IMG/VR virus record: IMGVR_UViG_3300032132_000754
Coordinates: 121,178 to 185,177 of that record
Direction: 5' to 3' (one strand)
Source of the DNA: a virus
DNA: 64,000 bases
Shown: in pieces, positions 49,001 to 58,183 of the stretch
Layout: each line of letters starts with the position of its first letter
Numbering within the stretch: position 1 is the first letter of the stretch
Program-made: the position numbers and the translations under genes
The notes under the pieces: model-generated
Told to the model about the DNA's origin: nothing
Seen by the model: only the letters and a program-made list of their open reading frames with translations
Database searches by the model: none

Positions 49001-51868
49001 CAGATTTTGCAGCGCAGTTCGACGCACGCAGTCTGGCCAGATCAGTTTGGCATCCAGACCACAAACGGCGGCATTCGGATCGCGACAATCTCAACCGATT
49101 CGATCATTCTCGGAACGAGCAACCTGTCCCGGTGGACAGTAGAGGCGGCGGGGCACATCACCAGTGTGCTCGACAACACCTACGACGTCGGTGCGTCTGG
49201 AGCGACTCGGCCACGTAGAGTATATGTCGGGACTGAAGTAGTCATCGGTGATACTATCACAATTGATACTGATTCAATTCAAGCATCAGGCGACCTCGCA
49301 ATCGATGCTGATGGAACTGGTGGCGTTCTTAATTTAGGAACAGGGACAACCAAAGAGATTAATATCGGCACAGCCAGCGTCGGGCTTGATGTTCCAGGTT
49401 GGCTCAACGTTGGAGGAGCCACAGCAGCAGTAGCCACAGGTGACCTAGCTGCTGGTGACGGAACTCGTGAGCTGAACTGGGACGCCAGCGCTAACCACCT
49501 CAGTGCTGGTGCGGGCAACAATCTTCTCGATTGGAGCGGAAATAGGCTCCTTATCCGCTCTGAGTTCGCGACCACAACCACCACCTTCTTCAACGCGGAT
49601 CTCGCCAGATACAACTCCACTGGTTCGTCTGCTGTCGGCATGGGCGTCGGCATCCGTTTCAGGATGGAGGACAACGCTCCCGCCATCGAGTCCACCGGAA
49701 CGATTGAGACTGTTTGGGCCGATGTCACGCTTGGCGCTGAGAACACGAACATGCTTCTCAGGGCCTTCGACCAGACCGGCGGCGATCCATCAACCCACCT
49801 GTTGACCGTCGCTACCCTACGCGGCGTTGATGCTTCGATGCGGATCGAGGGTGGCCTTGAAGTTGGAACAAGCGCTGGGTCGATTACAGGCCCTGGAGAC
49901 ATCATTGCCGGTGACGGTACCAATACTTGGTATTACGACGCGTCTACAGGCAGGCATCACGCCATTGTCGTTGAAGCGGCCAACACAACCACCAACATCC
50001 TCACCTTCACCAGAAAGCACGCTACCCCGGCAAGCGCTGCTGCTGGCCTCGGCCTCAGCTTCTCGTTATCTGGACACAGGACCGATGACACGCTGTCGTC
50101 GATGCTCCAATTAGAGGCTTCTTGGGAGAACACGCCGGTCGCCGGAACAGAGAACGCCCAGATCAAGTTCATCCAGAAACGCAGATCAGGTGGCTTTGTC
50201 AACCCCGCCTCGTTCTTGTTGGGCGACTCCTCCGCAGGAACAGATCTACGCGCTGAGTTCCGCGCCGATGACGGCGAAGGAACGGCGGCTACGATCCGAG
50301 CACTAATCAACATGACCGATGGCTACATGGCCGTTGGTGATGTCGCGTCGACTACGGCGGCAGCACTAGGTGATTTCTCCGCTGGTGATGGAACTCACGA
50401 ATTGTTTTGGGACACAAGTTCTAGGACACTTAATATTAACTCAACATCCGACGCGACATTATACGCCAATGGAAATAACCTAAACATACGTTCAACACAT
50501 GATCTTTACTTCTTGGCAGGAGATACAAATCGTTGGCAGATAACTTCTGATGGGCACCTATTAGCCTCAGACGATAATAACCACGATATCGGATCAGAGC
50601 CCGGAACAAACGCAGGAAACAACCGCCCGCGCCGAGTTTACGTTGGTACTGAAGTAGTGATCGGAGACACAATCACCATCGGTACAGATAGCATCGACGC
50701 TAATGGCGCTTTGTCAATCACATCCGGTTGGGTAGATCCAACCTCCGGCGATGGAAGCACTAGTGCGGTCACCATAACTTCTGGCGATGCTGCTGGGTCT
50801 TCTGGTGACGATGGTTCTGATGTTACAATTGGTACCGGAGCTGGCGACGGCGGCGGTACCCCAGGCGACATCTACCTAACTTATGCCGGTGCTGCCAGAT
50901 TTAAATTCTCCGATGATAGTTGGCTTCGTGGATACGACGGTGGCGGAACAGCCTCCATAAACGAACGTTTCAGAGTTCAATGTGAAACCGGAGAAATGAG
51001 GCTAGGACGTAACAACGTAACTGGCGGCGAAGGTGACATAGCTTGTGGTAACAACAATTTTGCTGGCGGCACTCAAACAGGTATTTTCTGTTTTGATGCC
51101 AGTGCAGCAGAAGCCGAAATTCGCAACGATAACGATCAATCAATAATTCAACTAGACGCTGCTAATGAAGAAATCGTTCTTCTGAGCGCCACTGGTTCAA
51201 CACCACGAGCCGGTGCTTTACAAGTTATTTCTGGCACTTCACTTCTATTAAAAGCAGAAGATGCTGCTAACCGCACTGGCACAGATTCAGTTTTGCCATT
51301 TACTATTCGTGGTGGAGATTCTGCCGCTGATGTTGTTGGCGGTTCACTAACACTTCGTGGTGGTAATGCTATCGGAGCCGGTGCTAGCGGTGGTATTACC
51401 CTAATTTCCGGCGCTAACTCAGGTACAGGAGATTCAGGCGACGTAAGTATCGACGTCGGCACAATAGCATCCCCGACATCAGGAACCGAAGGCACAATCA
51501 CCATTGGTGGTACAAGCGCAAGCGCCATCGCAATTGGCCGTTCTGGAATCACTACAGACTTCCTAAGTGGATCAACTGTCGACTTCACCGGAGTAACAGT
51601 TACCGGACTTACACCGTCTACTACGCCACAACAAGAGACTCTGACCGCAGAAAACATCAGCGGATCAGATACAGCATTAGGCGATACTCTAGCAGCCACA
51701 CCAACATCAAATGCATCAGTAATGCTATTCCACGAGGGTGTGTTCCAAGAGCAAGGCGTAGGCAAGGATTATACAATTAGCGGTTCAACGATTACGTGGT
51801 TACAATCAACAGGAACCGCCCTACCCATGACTGACACAGACACACTTGTTGCTGTATACTCGTCATAA
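46013..51868 (+). CDS. Giant modular tail fibre / receptor-binding protein
   Basis: 1951 aa; about 10 GD(F/I/L)xAGDGTxxxxWDAS repeats and three DN.xD.G...RPR motifs; C-terminal domain shared with 4100..6625. Confidence 0.75.
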   Translation: MSIVPGLYDIELIFETLNGGGVSTIGGGAPFNIDGSLNVGLTTSAVDTGDFAASDGTNSMTYDASVGSLQVLLGAGGVNGAMHFGVAGVQPLKFNGPSFVEGPTQTIIEGINLDAFGINIGGWMGLGGRHTAGGVTNFGFIGGIKANATDGNNAGHLAFATRPNASVPVTRWRMTDAGHFIGETDNTYDFGASGATRPRSGYFGTALNVGNGITPSTDNGDIVAGDGTRSMAWDASAGNLQLINGGDSTSINPGGGVPLFVVKEVSGVAIANMVTWRLANSAGAGVAGMVNRLQWQGETTASGFTTMGILDISWRDSPVLGSNNAQMDFLLPRGGFATTQLTIGNSVTASGATRVEIPSGLMVGAPSSTVIAPGDIFAGTPTSNAMVWDQSAGTLVIGDPSAIPFVSINAVGAVGIQRLGVPGAVVGTLSLANCGGGPGTAGSGTGMALIAPNSAGECNTVSTVNAVLRQATNGDTYADYVVSLALAQATTELVEAFRVGNSQSAAGIHRIEVPGGGLMAGTIASITAAEAGDIVAGDGTMELFWDTSTGLLSLTGAGAGLTTDGSVIIGGDLTVNGTTTTVNSEIQTADNYILLNSEYTAAAAQASGLILNIDPFATSFGINDIVDGTGGSVITVTSGDPSASLSVGNFILIENPATAGNAGIFEVSAVNSTTITIEVSPAEAFSGTSLTDDATVQGTVVGVELAVWESSADGTFQRAFGSTAPLTRDVKLGAGFVNIGGSTTSATSAGDFAAGDGTRSLVWDASANALAIGDSTNALTWATTQLQVSVDSSTSAILTTNTDSLGFNGIVSGLRAQYLPSGRAGLAGDGIAYYMDLKDSTSVTRIGAGVLQTRWLNATAGALDVEISLEGYVANTSLKKMLVLSGGDLTINDTDGMAGIGVNRTWRTSDGWMAVGRSASIAGLADGDIVAGDGTREMSWDASVGKFTISGLDGVDPRPIVLTGAADGPIIHEFENTSSHADARVEYRLVGDNSIAQILQRSSTHAVWPDQFGIQTTNGGIRIATISTDSIILGTSNLSRWTVEAAGHITSVLDNTYDVGASGATRPRRVYVGTEVVIGDTITIDTDSIQASGDLAIDADGTGGVLNLGTGTTKEINIGTASVGLDVPGWLNVGGATAAVATGDLAAGDGTRELNWDASANHLSAGAGNNLLDWSGNRLLIRSEFATTTTTFFNADLARYNSTGSSAVGMGVGIRFRMEDNAPAIESTGTIETVWADVTLGAENTNMLLRAFDQTGGDPSTHLLTVATLRGVDASMRIEGGLEVGTSAGSITGPGDIIAGDGTNTWYYDASTGRHHAIVVEAANTTTNILTFTRKHATPASAAAGLGLSFSLSGHRTDDTLSSMLQLEASWENTPVAGTENAQIKFIQKRRSGGFVNPASFLLGDSSAGTDLRAEFRADDGEGTAATIRALINMTDGYMAVGDVASTTAAALGDFSAGDGTHELFWDTSSRTLNINSTSDATLYANGNNLNIRSTHDLYFLAGDTNRWQITSDGHLLASDDNNHDIGSEPGTNAGNNRPRRVYVGTEVVIGDTITIGTDSIDANGALSITSGWVDPTSGDGSTSAVTITSGDAAGSSGDDGSDVTIGTGAGDGGGTPGDIYLTYAGAARFKFSDDSWLRGYDGGGTASINERFRVQCETGEMRLGRNNVTGGEGDIACGNNNFAGGTQTGIFCFDASAAEAEIRNDNDQSIIQLDAANEEIVLLSATGSTPRAGALQVISGTSLLLKAEDAANRTGTDSVLPFTIRGGDSAADVVGGSLTLRGGNAIGAGASGGITLISGANSGTGDSGDVSIDVGTIASPTSGTEGTITIGGTSASAIAIGRSGITTDFLSGSTVDFTGVTVTGLTPSTTPQQETLTAENISGSDTALGDTLAATPTSNASVMLFHEGVFQEQGVGKDYTISGSTITWLQSTGTALPMTDTDTLVAVYSS

Positions 51869-51892
51869 TGCAAACTATACAAAGGAAATAAC

Positions 51893-52528
51893 ATGGCAGC
51901 TATCCCAGGACGATATATTGAAAGTCTTATTCCATTCGCGTCGGGATCTTCATATCTTGGTGTTGATACAGGCGTCTACGGCCCAGGAAACGTCACATAT
52001 AGCAACGGTGGAACGGACGTCTGTGACATGGACGTTGAAGAGGGGCCGTACGCCCTACCGTTCTTAGTCCACAAGACTGCAACATTCGATCGTATCGGAG
52101 TTGGAGTAGATAGCGCCGGAGTGTCTGGCAATATCCTATTATCAATCTACGATACAGGAACTGACGGATTACCAAACTCACGTCTATTTACCGAAGTCAC
52201 AATCGCCTGGACGACAGGAACTGGTGAGCAACTTGCTACAATCTCTCAAGAACTAACGCCAGGTCTATACTGGCTTGCTGTCGGGTCTAGCGTTGCGTCA
52301 AGTAGTGGACAGCCTGGGGCTCTAGATGGTTACGCACCTATAAACCTAGCTAACGGAAGCATCCTAGGGCGCACACAGATGGATGTTACAAACAATTCTG
52401 CCATGGCCCTAGGAGTTAAATTAACCACACCAGCAACCGCTTTACCAGCAACGTGGGGCGCATCCACGTTTGTAAATGGTAATGCTAGTGACGAGCGCGC
52501 CCCCGGTGTTGGATTGAGGGTGGCTTAA
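51893..52528 (+). CDS. Putative virion structural protein
   Basis: ALPF....TFDRIGV...IYD...GLP...LTPGLYWLA pattern; AAGGA SD. Confidence 0.6.
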   Translation: MAAIPGRYIESLIPFASGSSYLGVDTGVYGPGNVTYSNGGTDVCDMDVEEGPYALPFLVHKTATFDRIGVGVDSAGVSGNILLSIYDTGTDGLPNSRLFTEVTIAWTTGTGEQLATISQELTPGLYWLAVGSSVASSSGQPGALDGYAPINLANGSILGRTQMDVTNNSAMALGVKLTTPATALPATWGASTFVNGNASDERAPGVGLRVA

Positions 52529-52540
52529 TGGCTTATATGC

Positions 52541-53923
52541 CTAAGACCAAAGAAGGTCCCTAACACCCTTCAAATCCTGGTCTACCAGAACTTCCCCATC
52601 CCTAAAGACTTCCCTAAGAAGATCCTTTTCATCAGCACCCATCGTACGCTCCTTAATAGTATCGTACCCAAAAGAATCCTTAATTAAAGCCAAACGACCC
52701 CTCTTAGAATCCTTAGTCGGATCACTAGCAGGACGCTTAAACACATCCCGCTCCTGACCATCAACCACAACACTACTGCACTTGAAAGCGAACCTCTGAG
52801 TATCGCGGTTCAACCTCTGTAGCAAACCGCCACCCATACCAAATGCGATGTTATCCAAAGACCAACCAGTCCGAAGCATAGCATCAACTACCTTCTTAAT
52901 AGTATCAGGCGTGCAACCATCACCCTGGATCACACGAACATGATCATCCAAGACCTTATAGCCCTTCTTATTCGTATAAGTACCAAACGCCTCACCAAGA
53001 CGATTTAGCACATTTAATACCATAGGGACAATCTCACCACTATCAGGCCGAACAACCAAAGTGCCATCCCTATTAAGAATTTTACCCTTTAAGTGTTCAC
53101 CCCAAAGTTCAGTGCAAGCCCTATCGATATCGAATGAGTCACTAACGCAAGCCACCAATCCAGTAGGGTACTGATCAAGCATATTCCTAAATGCTTCAAC
53201 CTCTCCATGTTCACCCCAACTAGTAATAGTACTATGCTCCGAAGCCGGGATCGAGAAACCAGCCATCTCAGCATTATAGTATTTCTTGCCAGTCGTTAAC
53301 GCAGCAATAGTATCCGTACCCATGAAGTTGCAAAGATGAGCCAATCCACCAATTCCAGCAGATTCTACAGAGGTTGAACCCCTAAAACCGAAATCGTGAA
53401 GTTTAAAAGGAAGACCATCAAGAGTATCACAAGATGTCTCCATTCCCTTTGCAATTAAATTTCTGACATAATTAGAAATTGTAGCAACAGTCGAAGGGTA
53501 CCAAACCATCACGAGAAGTGTCTCAAGATAATTCGGCAACCAATAGCACTCAGGGTCAGTATTCTCGATAGTCATCATGACATTAGACTCAGGAACAGCC
53601 ATACCCTCAGGCACAGCCTTGATGCTCACAGGTAGCTTGCCACCATGCTTCTCAAGAATATGTCTCCATCCGGCCTCATTGAAAGCTCCACCGACGCCAC
53701 CCATATGGGCATCAGAAAACTCCTTGGCCTCCTGGATGAATTCCTCAGTGACTACTACACCTTCAAGGTACTTCTTTAAGAAATACTGCAATCCGAAGAA
53801 CACAGTGTCCGGGTATTCAGACCCAACACGAGATTCGAAGTAAGAATAGACCTTACTAGTCCCAGGCGGGTACTGCTTGTAGTGAGAAAGTTTATATGAA
53901 TCAGTTAACAAAAGAATAGACAT
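52541..53923 (-). CDS. nadV: Nicotinamide phosphoribosyltransferase (Nampt)
   Basis: LLTDSYKLSH..QYP, KLHDFGFRG, GTDT, SIPASEHST, VSDS, VVRPDSG, IQGDG, FGMGGGLLQ. Confidence 0.93.
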   Translation of the reverse strand: MSILLLTDSYKLSHYKQYPPGTSKVYSYFESRVGSEYPDTVFFGLQYFLKKYLEGVVVTEEFIQEAKEFSDAHMGGVGGAFNEAGWRHILEKHGGKLPVSIKAVPEGMAVPESNVMMTIENTDPECYWLPNYLETLLVMVWYPSTVATISNYVRNLIAKGMETSCDTLDGLPFKLHDFGFRGSTSVESAGIGGLAHLCNFMGTDTIAALTTGKKYYNAEMAGFSIPASEHSTITSWGEHGEVEAFRNMLDQYPTGLVACVSDSFDIDRACTELWGEHLKGKILNRDGTLVVRPDSGEIVPMVLNVLNRLGEAFGTYTNKKGYKVLDDHVRVIQGDGCTPDTIKKVVDAMLRTGWSLDNIAFGMGGGLLQRLNRDTQRFAFKCSSVVVDGQERDVFKRPASDPTKDSKRGRLALIKDSFGYDTIKERTMGADEKDLLREVFRDGEVLVDQDLKGVRDLLWS

Positions 53924-53955
53924 TTTAATCCCCTTTCTGAGTAGATTAAATATTG

Positions 53956-54861
53956 TTAGATTTTAAGGTGTTCTTTTACCATCCTCAAAATAGGTAGATG
54001 CTGTTCTAACAGCAAATTTTCATTGAAATTATCCAAATTGAACCATTTCGCCTCGAACAAATCATCACCAGCATGCAGCTTGCCCCAAGCATACTTAGCA
54101 ACAAATACCGTTGACATTAGACCATCAACCTGGCCTCTATAACGCCAATCGTCAATTTTAGTAGACCCAACGTACTCCCAATCGTTCAACTCAATGTCGC
54201 CAAGCTCCTCACGAGCCTCACGCTGAGCTACCCGAAGGAGACTCTTGTCGCCGGGATCAGCGAACCCACCAGGGAAACGCCACTTATCCTTAGGATCATT
54301 CTTCTTACGACCCAAAGCAATACTATTGCCCTGTAACACAGCAACATCAACAACGCTGTAAACCGCAGGATACTTATTGAACGCCGCGTAAATCACCCCA
54401 CGACGGAACTCTTCGGAGAGTCTAACATCATTAGAGCATTCTTTACGAACTTTAGTACCGGAAATGCGGATCTTATTACTTAATTCAACCGTCTGATGTT
54501 TCCCTTTGTAATGAGGGATAAAACCATCGCGGGACCCATAAAGCAATGGGGTGCCAATAGAAAACGTTTCATTAATTTTCGTATCGACGACTCTAGACCA
54601 ATCCTTGTCGCTAGGCATATCATGCAGCGGCAACACATTAATGTCAGGATAGGCTTCCTTGATCATTAACATTCTAGTGTGGTAATCTAAGGGATCATGT
54701 CTGGTGACAAGAATGCCAGGCGTACTACCCATTAGGATTAGTACTTTATCGTGCCTAGATTTAACAAAATCGATGAGTTCGATATGCCCATCGTGAAGGG
54801 TCGGAACCTGAAAACGTCCGACGATTACACCAATTGCGGTGTCTGGTAGCTTAACTTCCAC
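53956..54861 (-). CDS. Bifunctional NMN adenylyltransferase / Nudix hydrolase (NadM-Nudix, NatV-like)
   Basis: VGRFQ..HDGH, ISGT.VR; Nudix box FPGG...AQREAREELG. Confidence 0.9.
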   Translation of the reverse strand: MEVKLPDTAIGVIVGRFQVPTLHDGHIELIDFVKSRHDKVLILMGSTPGILVTRHDPLDYHTRMLMIKEAYPDINVLPLHDMPSDKDWSRVVDTKINETFSIGTPLLYGSRDGFIPHYKGKHQTVELSNKIRISGTKVRKECSNDVRLSEEFRRGVIYAAFNKYPAVYSVVDVAVLQGNSIALGRKKNDPKDKWRFPGGFADPGDKSLLRVAQREAREELGDIELNDWEYVGSTKIDDWRYRGQVDGLMSTVFVAKYAWGKLHAGDDLFEAKWFNLDNFNENLLLEQHLPILRMVKEHLKI

Positions 54862-54923
54862 GCCAATCTCCTTTTTAAGGTGAGATGTCTGCTATATTTT
54901 TGGAGGGAAATCCCCTCATTACA

Positions 54924-55235
54924 TTAAATACGTCTGAGTAAATCCTCAAATTTTACAAAACACGTCGGATCAGCCAAGTCTACCTTATAATGCTTCACCA
55001 TCCCAGGATCAACAGGACAATAAATAGAAGCAACACGATTCATTAAACTGACAGATCTAATCAAGAGTTTAGCCTTCCAAAACTTAACATTGATAGAAAT
55101 GCCATCTTTAATATAGCGATATTCAAAACTAATATCACTTAAAAACCCGTTTTGGTTTTCCGCAGACCAACCGCATCTAATACAAGTTTCCTCGACATAA
55201 TCGCGAACGGCCATCATCCCGATATCAGGATTCAT
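54924..55235 (-). CDS. DP-motif paralog family member
   Basis: DYVEETCIRCGW; VDLADPTCFVKF. Confidence 0.65.
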   Translation of the reverse strand: MNPDIGMMAVRDYVEETCIRCGWSAENQNGFLSDISFEYRYIKDGISINVKFWKAKLLIRSVSLMNRVASIYCPVDPGMVKHYKVDLADPTCFVKFEDLLRRI

Positions 55236-55570
55236 CTGCTAATTCCCATATAAAAATCAACGAATTTCTTCTTAGCATTGTTGATAGATTGAGGATCGTG
55301 TAAATCCTCTTCAAACACTATCTTCCTTGGAGGTAAATTTAAGGGACCCTCCGGACCAGCGTTAGTAAAATCTTCAATGCCGACCCACTCACACTTGAAA
55401 TTAGTGTGGCGAATGGTAAACTGATACCACGGTTTTTGATAATGCTTCTTAGTTCCAATTACACAATGATAAGTCTCACCGTCCATCTCGACTGAAAATT
55501 TGTTATCATCAAGTTCCAGATAAACAGGCCATTCGGTAAGAATTTGATTTAAAATTTTAGCATCAACCAT
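55232..55570 (-). CDS. DP-motif paralog family member
   Basis: ILNQILTEW; EDLHDPQSINNAK. Confidence 0.65.
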   Translation of the reverse strand: MVDAKILNQILTEWPVYLELDDNKFSVEMDGETYHCVIGTKKHYQKPWYQFTIRHTNFKCEWVGIEDFTNAGPEGPLNLPPRKIVFEEDLHDPQSINNAKKKFVDFYMGISR

Positions 55571-55898
55571 TAGATATCCTGTATGAACTCGACAAAAATG
55601 TATCTTTGGAGCTATTTATGCTTTCAGGATCCGTAAGATCAACTGAAAAAACATCAATTTGAAACGGAACAGACCAAGGATCAGTATGCTTATCAATCCA
55701 ACGACACCTAAAAGTAGTACCATGGATCACAAAAATGAATTTACCACTACTATATTTCAAGGTAGATTCAGCAAGACCAGGGCTATAAGGTTGTGTAACA
55801 ACACCCTGATGATCCACACCCCACTCCGTTAAAATCTCAAGGAGAATCGCACCAGAAGTGATTTTATCACTATTTGACGGCATTCCAAATTTCTTCAA
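55563..55898 (-). CDS. DP-motif paralog family member
   Basis: ILLEILTEWG; VDLTDPESINSSK; visibly close to 55232..55570. Confidence 0.65.
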   Translation of the reverse strand: MKKFGMPSNSDKITSGAILLEILTEWGVDHQGVVTQPYSPGLAESTLKYSSGKFIFVIHGTTFRCRWIDKHTDPWSVPFQIDVFSVDLTDPESINSSKDTFLSSSYRISNG

Positions 55899-56304
55899 AA
55901 CAATCAGGAGAATAAGGATTAACTTTTAACTCATCCCATTCCCACTGCTCATATCCACGATAAGGAGGCTTACTGTCACCACGCCTAATATACTCACCAA
56001 GAAACACCTTCATACTAGTCTTAGATAAGTAAACCTGATAAACAATATCTTTAACTTTCCTAACATTAATATTAGTTTTATTGAAACCAAGTCTAACCCA
56101 ATTTAACGGATTGAAAGTAACCGCTTCCCGTTTCATAACAATGAAAGAACCCTCGTTGGAAACACCGAAAAAATGCGGAGGCCCTAATCTATCCTTGCAC
56201 CATTCGTACATCGCTCCACTAAACAAAACACACGGCATAATTGGTGAAAATCCTGGGTCTCTATAGACCGTCATATGGCGGTAAGGATGCGGAAGATTGT
56301 TCAT
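55870..56304 (-). CDS. DP-motif paralog family member
   Basis: AMYEWCKDRLG; VNPYSPDCFEEI. Confidence 0.6.
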   Translation of the reverse strand: MNNLPHPYRHMTVYRDPGFSPIMPCVLFSGAMYEWCKDRLGPPHFFGVSNEGSFIVMKREAVTFNPLNWVRLGFNKTNINVRKVKDIVYQVYLSKTSMKVFLGEYIRRGDSKPPYRGYEQWEWDELKVNPYSPDCFEEIWNAVK

Positions 56305-56313
56305 ACTTTACTT

Positions 56314-56502
56314 TTAACTCTCGCGAGATTGTTCCAAGTAAAGTTTTTTCTTTAAAACAATCTCCCCACTATAACACCACAAGCTGCGCGCTAGGCTAAA
56401 CCAAGGATCATGGTCCATGTTGTCTTCTGAACTTCTTAACCATATTTTAGTGTGAGTTCGGTTAGCTATTTTACTAATTGCGTTGATGGCCAATAGTTTC
56501 AT
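56314..56502 (-). CDS. Small hypothetical protein
   Basis: Start moved to ATG 56502, which has GTA exactly 13 nt upstream. Confidence 0.45.
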   Translation of the reverse strand: MKLLAINAISKIANRTHTKIWLRSSEDNMDHDPWFSLARSLWCYSGEIVLKKKLYLEQSRES

Positions 56503-56527
56503 AAAAATTAGATACCAAACATAAAGT

Positions 56528-56743
56528 ATGAAACATCTCGAAGAAGTCAACCTAACATACTGTCAACACCTAAAATGGGCCTTCTGTAGCAGCTGGAAAT
56601 TGCTATACGCTGGGGTTGCCTGTCTAGTACACTCCCTACTACCATTCCTATTCCAAAACACCGCAAGCGGAATAGTCTACGACATCTACGACGAACTAGA
56701 AGAACGAAGACTTAAACTAAAAGATACCAAAAATCCCTGGTAA
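56528..56743 (+). CDS. DUF6356-like small membrane protein
   Basis: HLEEVNLTYCQHL..A...ACLVHSLLPFLF..TAS; CAAACATAA-AGT-ATG. Confidence 0.65.
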   Translation: MKHLEEVNLTYCQHLKWAFCSSWKLLYAGVACLVHSLLPFLFQNTASGIVYDIYDELEERRLKLKDTKNPW

Positions 56744-56756
56744 CAATAAATAAAAT

Positions 56757-57512
56757 ATGAAACTTAGAATTCTAGGCGAATCAGATGAAGATCTAAGAGC
56801 GTTAAAACGATATGCTCAATCATCTGGTGATTGGCAAGCATTAGAAAAATATTATCACCAGGCTAATCGAGCTGGAATCGTAGAAGGTGAAGCTTATTTA
56901 AGCCAAGTCCGTGCATTTTGTGTAACAAGCTCTTCAACCAACGAATATGTCGTTAACGTTTTTGCAAACAGACATGCTGTGCGCGGTGTTGTAATGAATC
57001 AGATCACAGGCATCCGAGATCGCGATTTACATATGTTCGATATGGAAAATGGATCTGGACAACCCGAGGGAGTCTGTTTTGTTGATCGTAAGAATAAAAT
57101 CCCAGATGGTGGAACAATTCTTAATCCAAGATTGAGCCAATACACTAGAAACAACATGACTCCAGAACAAATACAAGAATTTATGGAGTCATGGGACTTA
57201 AAAATGGTGCCAGCTAAAGCTTGGTTTCTAACCATCTACCATTTTAGCTCTGTAGATAATGCTCGCGAGCATTACGGCAAATTATATAGTGGTACGCAAG
57301 CAAGAATCGCTTATAAAAAATTGGATGCTGGCACAATCGGTTTACAAGATAAAAACCCGCCAAACTTCCCAAAGAAATCGAACGGTTTCCCATACAAAAG
57401 CAATAGAGCTGCCCTCAAATGGGCATCAGAATACCTACCACCAACAACAGTAGGTTCATTACAAGGGCCAGAAGTAAAAGTTAACCGCCAATTCCTATTC
57501 TGCGCTATCTAA
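56757..57512 (+). CDS. Putative head-packaged protein (MKLRILGE N-terminus)
   Basis: Shares ESD..LR...R.A...GD..A..K......R.G segment with 31828..32529. Confidence 0.55.
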   Translation: MKLRILGESDEDLRALKRYAQSSGDWQALEKYYHQANRAGIVEGEAYLSQVRAFCVTSSSTNEYVVNVFANRHAVRGVVMNQITGIRDRDLHMFDMENGSGQPEGVCFVDRKNKIPDGGTILNPRLSQYTRNNMTPEQIQEFMESWDLKMVPAKAWFLTIYHFSSVDNAREHYGKLYSGTQARIAYKKLDAGTIGLQDKNPPNFPKKSNGFPYKSNRAALKWASEYLPPTTVGSLQGPEVKVNRQFLFCAI

Positions 57513-57887
57513 CTTCTTACGACCAGCACGCTCACGCTTAATGTAATCAGCAAATTTCTCAGAACCCATGTCTTCTTCTAGAGAAATACCGCAGTACATG
57601 CAAATGCGATCCTCAGGCCCGTAAGGCTCTGAGACCCACTTCCACGGGTGCTGCCGACAATCAGAACAGGATGGGCACTGATAACCCTCCTCGCTAACCC
57701 ACTGGTGTTGGCACGATACACACTCCCAACGTGCCTTACAATTAGGATGCAAAAACGTGTGGATGACCTTATGGCCCATATAAGCCATCCTTGGAATAAG
57801 ACGATTCATCGCATCGTCTTCACTTTCGCCGGATTTAACAGCCTTCTCGACTTCATCCATAATGTTTTTCATAGCGTCTGGGTGCAT
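57495..57887 (-). CDS. Cys-rich zinc-finger protein
   Basis: CVSC...CPSC, C..H...CMYCG. Confidence 0.6.
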   Translation of the reverse strand: MHPDAMKNIMDEVEKAVKSGESEDDAMNRLIPRMAYMGHKVIHTFLHPNCKARWECVSCQHQWVSEEGYQCPSCSDCRQHPWKWVSEPYGPEDRICMYCGISLEEDMGSEKFADYIKRERAGRKKLDSAE

Positions 57888-58162
57888 TAGTATTCCTCCA
57901 TAATTCTGCGGTGTTCTCTAATAGCTTTATGCAACTTATCGAAAAATTCAGGATCACACAAATCACCTGTAAAAGCTCCTAAACCTTTAAGAGCGAACAG
58001 GGAAGTATGGACCTTACTTCCTCTGACAGTGATTTTCTCTTGCCTCAAAGGTCCAAGATCAATGACGATAAGCTGTTCACGTTTTTGAACATCAATATGG
58101 CTGCGAACGATTGTGCAACCTATTTCTCTAAGCCAATCCTCTAAGATTTCTATAGCGAGCAT
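57887..58162 (-). CDS. DP-motif paralog family member
   Basis: IEILEDWLREIG; GDLCDPEFFDKL; GTA 13 nt upstream. Confidence 0.7.
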   Translation of the reverse strand: MLAIEILEDWLREIGCTIVRSHIDVQKREQLIVIDLGPLRQEKITVRGSKVHTSLFALKGLGAFTGDLCDPEFFDKLHKAIREHRRIMEEY

Positions 58163-58183
58163 ACTTTTAATATACTGGTGAGA

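Noticed and set aside
43361-51765. Many antisense or alternative-frame ORFs over fibre genes, also at 4569-9023, 11666-12220 and 62294-64000
   Set aside because: Shadows of Gly/Ala/Thr-rich or high-GC coding sequence; no motifs or start signals
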